Shown piece by piece: positions 35,497 through 43,145 of a stretch of 57,631 nucleotides of DNA. The notes beneath the pieces are model-generated. The model did no database searches. It had not been told where the DNA came from and saw only the letters and a list, made by a program, of their open reading frames with translations. The translations under genes and the position numbers were made by a program. Origin of the DNA: a virus; IMG/VR virus record IMGVR_UViG_3300032605_000021; one strand, written 5' to 3'. The first letter of the stretch is position 1. Each line of letters begins with the position of its first letter.

Positions 35497-35637
35497 ATGC
35501 CCGACATTCGTATCTCAATCTCAAAGGACCTGCACACGACCATGAAAAAGGCAGCTATCGACGCCGGCTTGACACTGGCCGATCTCGTGCGCAAGACGTT
35601 GGCGCTAAAGTTTCTGCGCGACAAGGCGGCGCTATGA
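35497..35637 (+). CDS. Ribbon-helix-helix-like small protein (46 aa)
   Basis: MPDIRISISKDLHTTMKKAAIDAGLTLADLVRKTL is paralogous to the C-terminus of 32732..33202. Below the track size cut-off. ATGA overlap with the next gene. Confidence 0.5.
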   Translation: MPDIRISISKDLHTTMKKAAIDAGLTLADLVRKTLALKFLRDKAAL

Positions 35638-35822
35638 CCCGCTGCCAGGCTTGCGAGGGGACCGGCTGGCTACGGCGCATGGTTGACGTGTCGACGATCT
35701 ATGGCAGGCCGATGATCAATAGCTACTCGCGCATCTGCCCGCGGTGCGGCGGCGAAGGGACTGTGGTGGTGACGGCCGAGCCGACCATCGCGCAGGACTA
35801 CCCGGGGTGGGTGACGCCGTAG
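35634..35822 (+). CDS. DnaJ-type zinc-finger mini-protein (2 x CxxCxGxG)
   Basis: MTRCQACEGTGW...CPRCGGEGTV. This is the only plausible part of the 170-aa track ORF 35310..35822. Confidence 0.55.
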   Translation: MTRCQACEGTGWLRRMVDVSTIYGRPMINSYSRICPRCGGEGTVVVTAEPTIAQDYPGWVTP

Positions 35823-35830
35823 AAAAATAG

Positions 35831-35860
35831 TTGTGCGATTTCGCCCGGCGGGCGTATGGT
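35831..35860 (+). promoter_or_regulatory. Candidate sigma70-like promoter for the replication genes
   Basis: TTGTGC (35831-35836), 18-nt spacer, TATGGT (35855-35860). Weak match; the host sigma factor is unknown. Confidence 0.25.
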
Positions 35861-35995
35861 GAATGTGTCCGGCGCGCCCAGCGATGGACTCAAGGTGACC
35901 CCGGCGACGGTCGGGGGCCGAAAGAGCGGTAACGCTCCAGTGGTGGGGAGAGTCCCTAAGCTCTCCCTGCCGGCCTCACTTAGGGGAAGGCTGAA

Positions 35996-36844
35996 ATGAC
36001 GAAGCTACCAGCTATTCAATTTTATCCAGGCGATTGGCGCAAGGATGTCGGGGTTCAATCCCTCAACTTCCATGATCGCGGTGTCTGGTTTGAAATGCTG
36101 ATGCTCATGCACGAAAGCGAAGTTCGCGGAAAACTTATGCTCGGCGGACGGGCCATGACCGACGAAGTGCTCGCAAGTGTTCTAAGGATTGACCTAGCGA
36201 ACCTAAATGTAACCATACAGACACTCATTGACCGTGGGGTTACAGAGCGTGACAAGCGCACCGGATCACTCATAAATCGGCGCATGTTGCGAGATGAAGA
36301 TTTGCGAGCGGAGAATAGAGAGAAGTTGCATAATTGGCGTAAATCTAAGAAATTAAAAGGAAATGGAAACCAAGATGTAACCACCGATGTAACTGAAATG
36401 AAACCTCTTTCTTCATCTTCTACTTCGGTAAAGAAGCGCGTGCCCGCTGTTTCTCTCCCTGAGTGGCTGCCTGAGTCTCTCTGGTTTGACTACGAGGATA
36501 TGCGGAAGAAGAAGCGCGCGGCGATGACGGATGGGATACGTTTCAGGATCATCAAAAAGCTTGCTGAATTCAAAGAGCGAGGATCAGACCCGGTTAAATC
36601 GCTCGAAGCCTCGGTAAGAAGTTCATGGACAGATGTTTACGAACGACCAGAGCAGGGAGGCAACGGCAATGGCAAAGCAAACGGAAGACAATCGCAATCC
36701 GTACAGGAAGTGCTTCGAGAACTCGGAGCCACTGGCGGTCCAGATAGCGGCGGCGGTGGCGGAGTTACTCCAGGCGCTCGACAAGCCGGAGAATCCACGC
36801 CTGATGAAGTCGTGGGCACAGCACCTTACACCCTTCTCTGGTGA
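35996..36844 (+). CDS. DUF1376 (YdaU)-type phage replication protein
   Basis: N-terminus LPAIQFYPGDWRKDVGVQSLNFHDRGVWFEMLMLMH matches the DUF1376 pattern (FYpgDw..d...L....rG.y..Ll). Gly-rich tail. Confidence 0.6.
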   Translation: MTKLPAIQFYPGDWRKDVGVQSLNFHDRGVWFEMLMLMHESEVRGKLMLGGRAMTDEVLASVLRIDLANLNVTIQTLIDRGVTERDKRTGSLINRRMLRDEDLRAENREKLHNWRKSKKLKGNGNQDVTTDVTEMKPLSSSSTSVKKRVPAVSLPEWLPESLWFDYEDMRKKKRAAMTDGIRFRIIKKLAEFKERGSDPVKSLEASVRSSWTDVYERPEQGGNGNGKANGRQSQSVQEVLRELGATGGPDSGGGGGVTPGARQAGESTPDEVVGTAPYTLLW

Positions 36845-37310
36845 CCAGCTCGCCGCCGCATTCAACACGGTAGCGCTGACCAGCAAAGGCTGGCCGACTC
36901 TTGGCGACATCACCGAGCCGATCCTCGAGGCCGAGTACGCCGCGGATCTCGCGTGGCTGCTCCTGGGGCTCAAGCGGCACAAGAAGACCTGGCAGGACCG
37001 GGGGCCGATCTACGGGCCGGACATTCGCGTGCGCAATGACGCCGAGCGTCACTTCGACTTTGTGCGGGGTGAAATGCTCGAGGATGCCATCCCGGCGCCG
37101 CCGATTCCGCCGCGGCTGATGCATGCGCTGCAGGTGATGGGGGCTGGCACCGTGGCCGACGGCCTGGCGGAGCTGAGCCGGCACCCCATGACCGGTGCGT
37201 TCTCGTGGGACGCGGCCGAGGCGGGTAAGGTCAAGTTTCAGACCGAGAGGGATTTCAAAGCAGCGTGGACGATCGCGCGCCGACGGGAATTGGCGGGGGG
37301 CACGCAATGA
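36669..37310 (+). CDS. Hypothetical replication-module protein (start uncertain: 36633, 36669 or 36804)
   Basis: ORF in a second frame overlapping the tail of the DUF1376 gene. ATGA overlap with the next gene at 37307. Confidence 0.45.
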   Translation: MAKQTEDNRNPYRKCFENSEPLAVQIAAAVAELLQALDKPENPRLMKSWAQHLTPFSGDQLAAAFNTVALTSKGWPTLGDITEPILEAEYAADLAWLLLGLKRHKKTWQDRGPIYGPDIRVRNDAERHFDFVRGEMLEDAIPAPPIPPRLMHALQVMGAGTVADGLAELSRHPMTGAFSWDAAEAGKVKFQTERDFKAAWTIARRRELAGGTQ

Positions 37311-37549
37311 CGGTCAACTCTTTCGACATCCTCAAGCAAATGTGTGCAGACAACGCCGATATTCGCCTTGCGCCTGCTGAGAACATCACCTATTTGAGAA
37401 AAGTGAAGGCAGGCACGCAAGTTACCATCGGCGTTGCAGGAGATGTGGTTGGAGGCATCTACTCTGGCCAACTAACGGCGTTTCTGTTGGTCTACGACGT
37501 GAAGCAATTCCAAGCAACCAAAGCCAAGATAGAGTTGGCGGGACAATGA
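37307..37549 (+). CDS. Hypothetical protein
   Basis: 80 aa from the ATG at 37307 (ATGA coupling). The track start at 37265 lies inside the upstream gene. Confidence 0.5.
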   Translation: MTVNSFDILKQMCADNADIRLAPAENITYLRKVKAGTQVTIGVAGDVVGGIYSGQLTAFLLVYDVKQFQATKAKIELAGQ

Positions 37550-37776
37550 CCACCTACCTCCAAGTCTGGACGTTACAGCGCGGAGTTATCAACCCACCCG
37601 AGAAGTTATCGGATGCGGACCAGTATCTCGCCGAGCGCGCCGCGGTGCAGGCGGGGTTAGAGCGCGATCCGCAACTAACCCAACGTCAGCGCTGGCAGGA
37701 AGAGATTACACGGGCGACGCGGTTCTCGATAAGCGCGACCAGCGAGCGCCGGAATGAGCACGAGGCCGCGAGATGA
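37546..37776 (+). CDS. Hypothetical protein
   Basis: 76-aa ORF with 4-nt overlaps on both sides. Confidence 0.5.
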   Translation: MTTYLQVWTLQRGVINPPEKLSDADQYLAERAAVQAGLERDPQLTQRQRWQEEITRATRFSISATSERRNEHEAAR

Positions 37777-38006
37777 GCGATAAGTGGGCGTCAGCGTGTC
37801 GTGGCAAGCGACACTACAACTCCGAGCGTCGGGCGGACGAGGCGGCCAAGGCGTCCCAGGTGGTGTACGGGGTTGAGATGAACAGCTACCCCTGCCCATT
37901 CTGCCCTGGTAAATGGGTGGTCGGTAACAGATTCGCGCGGAACGGCAAGAAGGCGCGGATGGAGTCGGAAATACACCTGCTTGACAACACCGCAAACATA
38001 GGATAA
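37773..38006 (+). CDS. Hypothetical protein with CPFCPG motif
   Basis: 77-aa ORF with a 4-nt overlap. Confidence 0.5.
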   Translation: MSDKWASACRGKRHYNSERRADEAAKASQVVYGVEMNSYPCPFCPGKWVVGNRFARNGKKARMESEIHLLDNTANIG

Positions 38007-38009
38007 CGT
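37981..38009 (+). promoter_or_regulatory. Candidate sigma70-like promoter for the recombination module
   Basis: TTGACA (37981-37986), 17-nt spacer, TAACGT (38004-38009). GAGG lies 7 nt before the ATG at 38031. Confidence 0.35.
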
Positions 38010-38030
38010 GGTAAGCGTCGAGGTAGACCA

Positions 38031-38207
38031 ATGGGAGTTTTAGGAAAAAGGGAAGCGAATCGCAAGCCGGCAATCCATCGGACGGTGGTAATCGGGATTC
38101 GCCTCACGCCGAAAGACGCGAACAAGCTGCGCGCTGAAGCGGAGGCGATGGGCCGGACACTGGCCGGGCATGTGGTGTATTTGCTCAGGAAAGGTGGGGC
38201 ACTGTAA
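38031..38207 (+). CDS. Ribbon-helix-helix-like small protein (58 aa)
   Basis: VVIGIRLTPKDANKLRAEAEAMGRTLAGHVVYLL reads as strand-helix-helix. TAATG overlap with the exonuclease gene. Below the track cut-off. Confidence 0.5.
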   Translation: MGVLGKREANRKPAIHRTVVIGIRLTPKDANKLRAEAEAMGRTLAGHVVYLLRKGGAL

Positions 38208-39193
38208 TGGCGGTATACGAAGCGAAAGAGAGTTACGCGACATCACGCGCTGGCGGGATCGGCGGAACGGACGCCAGTGCTATCTTGGGATTGAGCCCAT
38301 GGAAGCGCCCCATCGACATTTACGCCGGCAAGGTCAACCCTGGCGCCCAGCCCGAGTTAGACAAAGAGTGCCTCTACTGGGGAAGCGCTCTTGAGCCAAT
38401 CGTGCGCGGTCGTTACGCTGAGCGGTTTGGTGTAGCTGTCACCGCACCGGCAGACCTTGCGCCCATCTTCCCCAAGTCCCGGCCCTGGCGCGATTCAACG
38501 CTGATCGAGGGGTCGGAGCCGTGGATGCTTGGCGCGCCGGATGGGTGGATGCCATCGGTCAACACTGGGCTCGAAATCAAATGTGCCTCACGCAAAAGCG
38601 ACGAGTGGGGGCCGGAAGGATCGGACGAAGTTCCGGCGCATTACTTGGTTCAGGCCGCCTGGTATACCGCCGTCTGCAATGCGCGCGGCTGGAACTTTGG
38701 CGTCCTGTTCTCCGGTAACACCTTGGCGCAGTACCGCATCGAGCGCGATCTAGAGCTTGAGAAGAACATGATCGAGGCTTGCCGGTCGTTTTGGTTTGAT
38801 AACGTACTCAAGCAGGTCGAGCCGGACATCGACGAGAGCGAGAGCTACGGCAAGTATCTCGCGCGCAAGTTCAGCCTCAACACCGGCAAGGTACTCAGCC
38901 CGACTCCCGATATACTCCACTGGGCCAGCGAGATGAAGGCCGCCGACGACGAGGAGAAGGAAGCGGCGGAGCGGAAGCAGTTGGCGAACAACCATCTCCG
39001 GGCACTGCTTGGCGACGCTCAAAAATGCGTGACGCCTCTCGGTTCGATAGGCTGGGTGCGGCCGGAGACCAAAGACGCGACCAATTGGAGCGAGGTTGGC
39101 AAGAAGGTTGGCCCACTACATCCCGATGTGGTCAAGGAATTCACGGCGCCGAAAGAGATCACGGCTTACTTGCGGGCGTGGTGGAAGAAGTAA
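38207..39193 (+). CDS. YqaJ-type (lambda-Exo-like, PD-(D/E)xK) recombination exonuclease
   Basis: GGIGGTDASAILGLSPWKRPIDIYAGK...WGSALEPIVR...GAPDGW...GLEIKCAS matches the YqaJ viral recombinase pattern. Lies next to recT. Confidence 0.75.
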   Translation: MAVYEAKESYATSRAGGIGGTDASAILGLSPWKRPIDIYAGKVNPGAQPELDKECLYWGSALEPIVRGRYAERFGVAVTAPADLAPIFPKSRPWRDSTLIEGSEPWMLGAPDGWMPSVNTGLEIKCASRKSDEWGPEGSDEVPAHYLVQAAWYTAVCNARGWNFGVLFSGNTLAQYRIERDLELEKNMIEACRSFWFDNVLKQVEPDIDESESYGKYLARKFSLNTGKVLSPTPDILHWASEMKAADDEEKEAAERKQLANNHLRALLGDAQKCVTPLGSIGWVRPETKDATNWSEVGKKVGPLHPDVVKEFTAPKEITAYLRAWWKK

Positions 39194-39311
39194 CCGACAT
39201 CCCAATGCCGATAGAGGCAAAGTGCCGCTTGTAAAGGGCAAGGGTGAGGCGGCACTCTGGTTTAGCTGGGCGATCCGCATATGTCGCCCAACACTTTAAG
39301 AAAGGCATGTC

Positions 39312-40136
39312 ATGGCAGACCAGCAGCAGCAGTTAGCAACCATCCCCCCGCGTCAAGGTATCATCGCCAAGTTTGGCGAGCGGTACGACCTGGAACCCAA
39401 CAAAGTCCTAGCTATCGTAGCTCAGACTGTTTTCAAGGGCAGCGACAAAGAACCTCCCTTGTCGAACGAGGAAGTTGCGGCGGCCCTGATCGTCTGCAAT
39501 GCCTACAACCTCAATCCATTCACCAAGGAAATCTACGCCTTTCGCTCCAAGGGCAAGCTCCTGATCGTCGTCGGCGTGGACGGATGGGCGGCAATCGTCA
39601 ACCGGCATCAGGAACTGAACGGCATCGAGTTCGAGGAACACTTCGACGACAAGGGCAACATTCGCGCCGTCACATGCAAGATCCACCGCAAGGACTGTGC
39701 GCTCCCGGTTGTCGTCACTGAGTACACCCACGAGTGCCGGCGTGAGTCGATCCCCTGGCAGACGATGCCAATCCGCATGACGCGCAACCGGGCATTCGTG
39801 CAGTGCGCACGTGTGGCATTCTCGGTCTCTGGCATCATCGACAATGACGAGGCGCAGACCATCGAGGGAAGCCCTGAGTTTGTTTCGAGCCAAACCAAGG
39901 CGATCATCGACCAGTCGATCAGCAAGACCGAGGCGGTCAAGGCTGTGATCCAAAAGCGGGCGCAGTCGGCGGGCAAGAGGCAGCAGGAGGCGCCGCAGGT
40001 TGAGCCACAGCCCGAGGCGCAGCCCGCGCAGGAAGCGCAGCAGGCCGAACCGGCGCAGGAGCAGAAGCCCGCGCAGGAAACCCAACAAGCTCAGCCGGAG
40101 TACCCCTACGCAGGCGAGGATAAGGGGCTCTGGTAA
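39312..40136 (+). CDS. recT: RecT-family single-strand annealing protein
   Basis: LIVCNAYNLNPFTKEIYAF...VGVDGWAAIVNRH...PWQTMPIRMTRNRAFVQCARVAF is the RecT family core. Q/A/E/P-rich tail. Confidence 0.8.
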   Translation: MADQQQQLATIPPRQGIIAKFGERYDLEPNKVLAIVAQTVFKGSDKEPPLSNEEVAAALIVCNAYNLNPFTKEIYAFRSKGKLLIVVGVDGWAAIVNRHQELNGIEFEEHFDDKGNIRAVTCKIHRKDCALPVVVTEYTHECRRESIPWQTMPIRMTRNRAFVQCARVAFSVSGIIDNDEAQTIEGSPEFVSSQTKAIIDQSISKTEAVKAVIQKRAQSAGKRQQEAPQVEPQPEAQPAQEAQQAEPAQEQKPAQETQQAQPEYPYAGEDKGLW

Positions 40137-40230
40137 ACAAGTTTCCCGCCGTCGCGCCCTGGTATTGTGCTCTGCGATGCACGTAAACCTGAAGAGGCGG
40201 CGGGAATTCAAACGAAAGGAAAGGTACGGC

Positions 40231-42120
40231 ATGAAATTCAAGTCTCTACACCTCTACAACTGGCTCTCCCACAAAGACAGCATGATGCCGCTGGATACGC
40301 TCTCCTGCTTCCGTGGCGAAAACGGTGCCGGGAAAAGCAGCGTCGAGCAGGCCATCGAGATGCTCCTCACTGGCCGCAGCGCTTCAACCGATGATAAAGG
40401 CACCGGCTCACGCGACCTGATCCGCCGCGGCACCGAGAAGTCAGCCATTACCGCTGAGATCGAAGACGGCGGCAGACTGATAAAAATGCGTTGCAGTGTC
40501 ACCGAGAAGTCGGGCCGCACCGTCACCATCAAAGATCCCGCCGACGAATCGTGGACCGGCAGCGATTACCTGGCCGGGCTGGCGATGAAGCGGGAAGTGC
40601 TTGACTGTCTCTGCAATGGACGGTACGCCCTCGACATGGACGATGCGCGGCTGAAGAAGTTCCTCGCCGGCATCATCCTGCCCACGTCGGTAGTCTGGGA
40701 CGATTGGGTGGAAGGAGCGGTCAACCAGTGCGGGCTGCAGGTGGACTGGAGCCTCAAGGCATTCGACGTGATCGTTCTCGCCTACGATCAGGCCTACAAC
40801 GAGCGCAAGGCCATCAACCGCACGCTCAAGGACTGGCGGGAGCCGGATCCGGTCGCCGTGCAGGAGATGGACCCGCAGTCGATACGTTCCAGGCTGAATG
40901 AGCGGCAGGACCAGCGCACCAAGTTGGCGTTGCAGCGTCAGAAGGTGCTCGACGGCTGGCAGCGGGCCAATGATGCGCGCGGCAAGCTGGCCGGTAAGGT
41001 GCAGGGCCTGGAGTTCAAGATCGCCACCGAGCAGGAGCGGCGCGCGGTGGTCGCCAAGGAACTACTCTCAGCCAAGGCGCTCAAGGAGGCCGAGAAGCTG
41101 GCGGCTGGCGCGGAGAAGGGCAAGAAGCTCGAGGCTGAGATGCAGCAGAACGCCGGCGCATTGGCTGAGGTCCGCCGAACGCTGGCTAAATTGAATGATC
41201 TTGGCGAGGCGGGGGTCTGCCCAACTTGCAGCCAAGCTATCACGCCAGAAGTATTCGCTGTTATCGAAGTTCCGATAGCGGAAAAGTGTGAATTTCTTAC
41301 AGACCAAGCGCTCGACCTGCAGGATGCCCGCAAGCTCTTGGGCGACTACGAGGGTGCCGAGCGGGTACTGGCTGCCCACGCGCAGGCCGTCAAGAACCTG
41401 GCGCTAGTAGACGAGCACATCGCCGGCGTCGAGAAGGACATCGCCGAACTGAAAGCGGAGATTGCCGAGAACCAGGAGACGGCCCAGCCCGACACAACCG
41501 ACGTGGATCTCCAGATTGCCGACCTTGACAGCCGCATCGAGAAGGGGAATGCCGCGCTGACGGCAGCCATTCAGGCCGACGACGCCCGCAAAGCCTACGC
41601 GCAGGCATTGGACGCCAAGGCGCGACTCGACGCCAAGCAGGGACTACTGGAGCGGCTGGTTGAGTATTTCGGCGCCAAGGGCATCCAGGCCAAACTCCTC
41701 GACGAGCACGTAGGCGGGTTTGAGCGCAGCATGAACAAGGTGCTGGCAACCTGGGGCTACGCCTGTCACCTGCAGTTCGATCCGTTCGCCTTCAGCCTGT
41801 CATTCGCCGGCAAGGATGCGGTCTACAACCTGCGGACGATCAGCAAGAGCCAGAAGCATGCTTTCTCGATTGCGTTTCAGGTGGCTCTAGCCAAGGTGAG
41901 CGGGTTTGGCTTTGTGGTTATCGACGAGGCTGATATGTTCCTCGACGCCAACCGGGGCCAGATGTACCGGGCGCTGATGGGGGCCGGGCTGGACCAGGTG
42001 ATCGTGCTGCAATCTGACCTGCGCCGGGAGATTCCGAAGGCTGCAAACAGTGTGTTCTATCTCTTGACGCTCGACCGCAGCGGCGACGTGCCGGTGACGA
42101 AGGTGGAGCGGCTGACGTAA
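40231..42120 (+). CDS. SbcC/Rad50-like SMC-type ATPase
   Basis: ATG at 40231 follows AAAGGAAAGG. MKFKSLHLYNW...FRGENGAGKSS is a Walker A motif. Long coiled coil with a CPTCSQ hook-like CxxC. SKSQKHAFSIAF is signature-like and FGFVVIDEADMFLD is a Walker B/D-loop. Confidence 0.7.
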   Translation: MKFKSLHLYNWLSHKDSMMPLDTLSCFRGENGAGKSSVEQAIEMLLTGRSASTDDKGTGSRDLIRRGTEKSAITAEIEDGGRLIKMRCSVTEKSGRTVTIKDPADESWTGSDYLAGLAMKREVLDCLCNGRYALDMDDARLKKFLAGIILPTSVVWDDWVEGAVNQCGLQVDWSLKAFDVIVLAYDQAYNERKAINRTLKDWREPDPVAVQEMDPQSIRSRLNERQDQRTKLALQRQKVLDGWQRANDARGKLAGKVQGLEFKIATEQERRAVVAKELLSAKALKEAEKLAAGAEKGKKLEAEMQQNAGALAEVRRTLAKLNDLGEAGVCPTCSQAITPEVFAVIEVPIAEKCEFLTDQALDLQDARKLLGDYEGAERVLAAHAQAVKNLALVDEHIAGVEKDIAELKAEIAENQETAQPDTTDVDLQIADLDSRIEKGNAALTAAIQADDARKAYAQALDAKARLDAKQGLLERLVEYFGAKGIQAKLLDEHVGGFERSMNKVLATWGYACHLQFDPFAFSLSFAGKDAVYNLRTISKSQKHAFSIAFQVALAKVSGFGFVVIDEADMFLDANRGQMYRALMGAGLDQVIVLQSDLRREIPKAANSVFYLLTLDRSGDVPVTKVERLT

Positions 42121-42144
42121 ACCATTTAACAGAAAGGAAAGGCA

Positions 42145-42435
42145 ATGCCGAAACTGAAGTACGTTATCGTGCGAACTTACTCCGCTGGAGTCTTCGCGGG
42201 CAATCTCAAATCGCGTGACGGCAAAGAAGTTACGCTAACCAATGCGCGGCGGCTGTGGTACTGGTCGGGCGCAGCTTCCCTGTCACAGCTTGCGGTGGCG
42301 GGAACGTCGAAACCAAAGGAATGTAAATTTCCTGTGGCTGTCCCGTCAGTCACCCTCACCGAAGCAGTTGAAATTCTCGAAGTAACTCCCGAAGCGGAGA
42401 CCTCAATCAAAGCCGTTCCTGAATGGAAAGCGTAA
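42145..42435 (+). CDS. Hypothetical conserved-looking protein
   Basis: 96-aa ORF with GAAAGGAAAGG upstream. Globular-looking sequence (YVIVRTYSAGVFAGNL...ARRLWYWSGAASLSQLA). Confidence 0.6.
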   Translation: MPKLKYVIVRTYSAGVFAGNLKSRDGKEVTLTNARRLWYWSGAASLSQLAVAGTSKPKECKFPVAVPSVTLTEAVEILEVTPEAETSIKAVPEWKA

Positions 42436-42746
42436 AACCTTCCGGGTACGGGTACGGGTACGGGGACGGGTACGGGTACGGGTCCGGGTACGGGTCCGGG
42501 TCCGGGTACGGGTCCGGGTCCGGGTACGGGGACGGGTACGGGTCCGGGTCCGGGTCCGGGTCCGGGTACGGGTACGGGTCCGGGTACGGGTCCGGGTACG
42601 GGTACGGGGACGGGTACGGGGACGGGTCCGGGGACGGGTCCGGGTACGGGTCCGGGTCCGGGTACGGGTCCGGGTCCGGGTACGGGGACGGGTACGGGTC
42701 CGGGTACGGGGACGGGTCCGGGGACGGGTCCGGGTCCGGGCATTAA
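42423..42746 (+). CDS. Gly-(Tyr/Ser/Asp) dipeptide-repeat ORF (coding status uncertain)
   Basis: 107-aa ORF, MESVKPS(GY/GS/GD)x~50. An in-frame stop lies immediately upstream of the ATG, there is no SD, and it overlaps the upstream gene by 13 nt. Confidence 0.4.
   Translation: MESVKPSGYGYGYGDGYGYGSGYGSGSGYGSGSGYGDGYGSGSGSGSGYGYGSGYGSGYGYGDGYGDGSGDGSGYGSGSGYGSGSGYGDGYGSGYGDGSGDGSGSGH
42444..42740 (+). repeat. Hexanucleotide tandem repeat (GGG-TAC/TCC/GAC) x~50; G-quadruplex-type tract
   Basis: 50 G3-4 runs separated by 2-3 nt, read directly from 42444 to 42740. Confidence 0.9.
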
Positions 42747-42841
42747 AGGCTTCCGGCCATAACCGGGAGGGCGCGGGGCTACCATGGAGGACTAACCGGC
42801 CGGCATCGGCAGCCCGCGCCTCACAATTCAGAGGTTATATC

Positions 42842-43144
42842 ATGCCTTGCGAATGGTACAGGATGGCAGACGGGACCGTGGTACACGTCAATCGTGGCCG
42901 AGGCGGACGTAAGCAGGAGTGTAAGTTCTGTCACCAGAAGTATTCCGAAGGCAAAATGTGCGACTTTCCGGTTGGCAACGGAAAGACCTGCGATGCGGAA
43001 ATGTGCAACGACTGCGCGCGAACACTTGGAAGGCAGCATACTGACGCAGGTTTCGGAATGACGAGACTTGACGATACCATCGACGTTTGCCCTATCCATC
43101 GCAATCAGGCAGTCGTCGTTGACGGGAAGATCGAGGGAGAGTGA
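42842..43144 (+). CDS. Cys-rich (zinc-binding-like) hypothetical protein
   Basis: 100 aa containing CKFCH...CDFP...CDAEMCNDC...CPIH. Confidence 0.55.
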   Translation: MPCEWYRMADGTVVHVNRGRGGRKQECKFCHQKYSEGKMCDFPVGNGKTCDAEMCNDCARTLGRQHTDAGFGMTRLDDTIDVCPIHRNQAVVVDGKIEGE

Positions 43145-43145
43145 C

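Noticed and set aside
35310-35822. 170-aa track ORF
   Set aside because: Only the last 62 codons (from the ATG at 35634, in an ATGA overlap with the RHH ORF) look like protein (2 x CxxCxGxG). The upstream part is Arg/His-rich noise overlapping the better 46-aa RHH ORF in another frame.
40000-40230. TTG start at 40000 giving a 706-aa version of the SMC-like ATPase
   Set aside because: The extra 77 residues (SHSPRRSPRRKRSRPNRRRS...) are the RecT tail read out of frame and overlap recT by 137 nt. The ATG at 40231 has AAAGGAAAGG upstream and begins with the canonical MKF..L.L.NW...G.NG.GKS ATPase N-terminus.
42177-42785. 202-aa minus-strand Pro-Val-Gly repeat ORF over the hexanucleotide array
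   Set aside because: It would run antisense through the globular-looking plus-strand gene 42145..42435 and against the orientation of the whole arm. It is treated as a repeat-generated shadow ORF.
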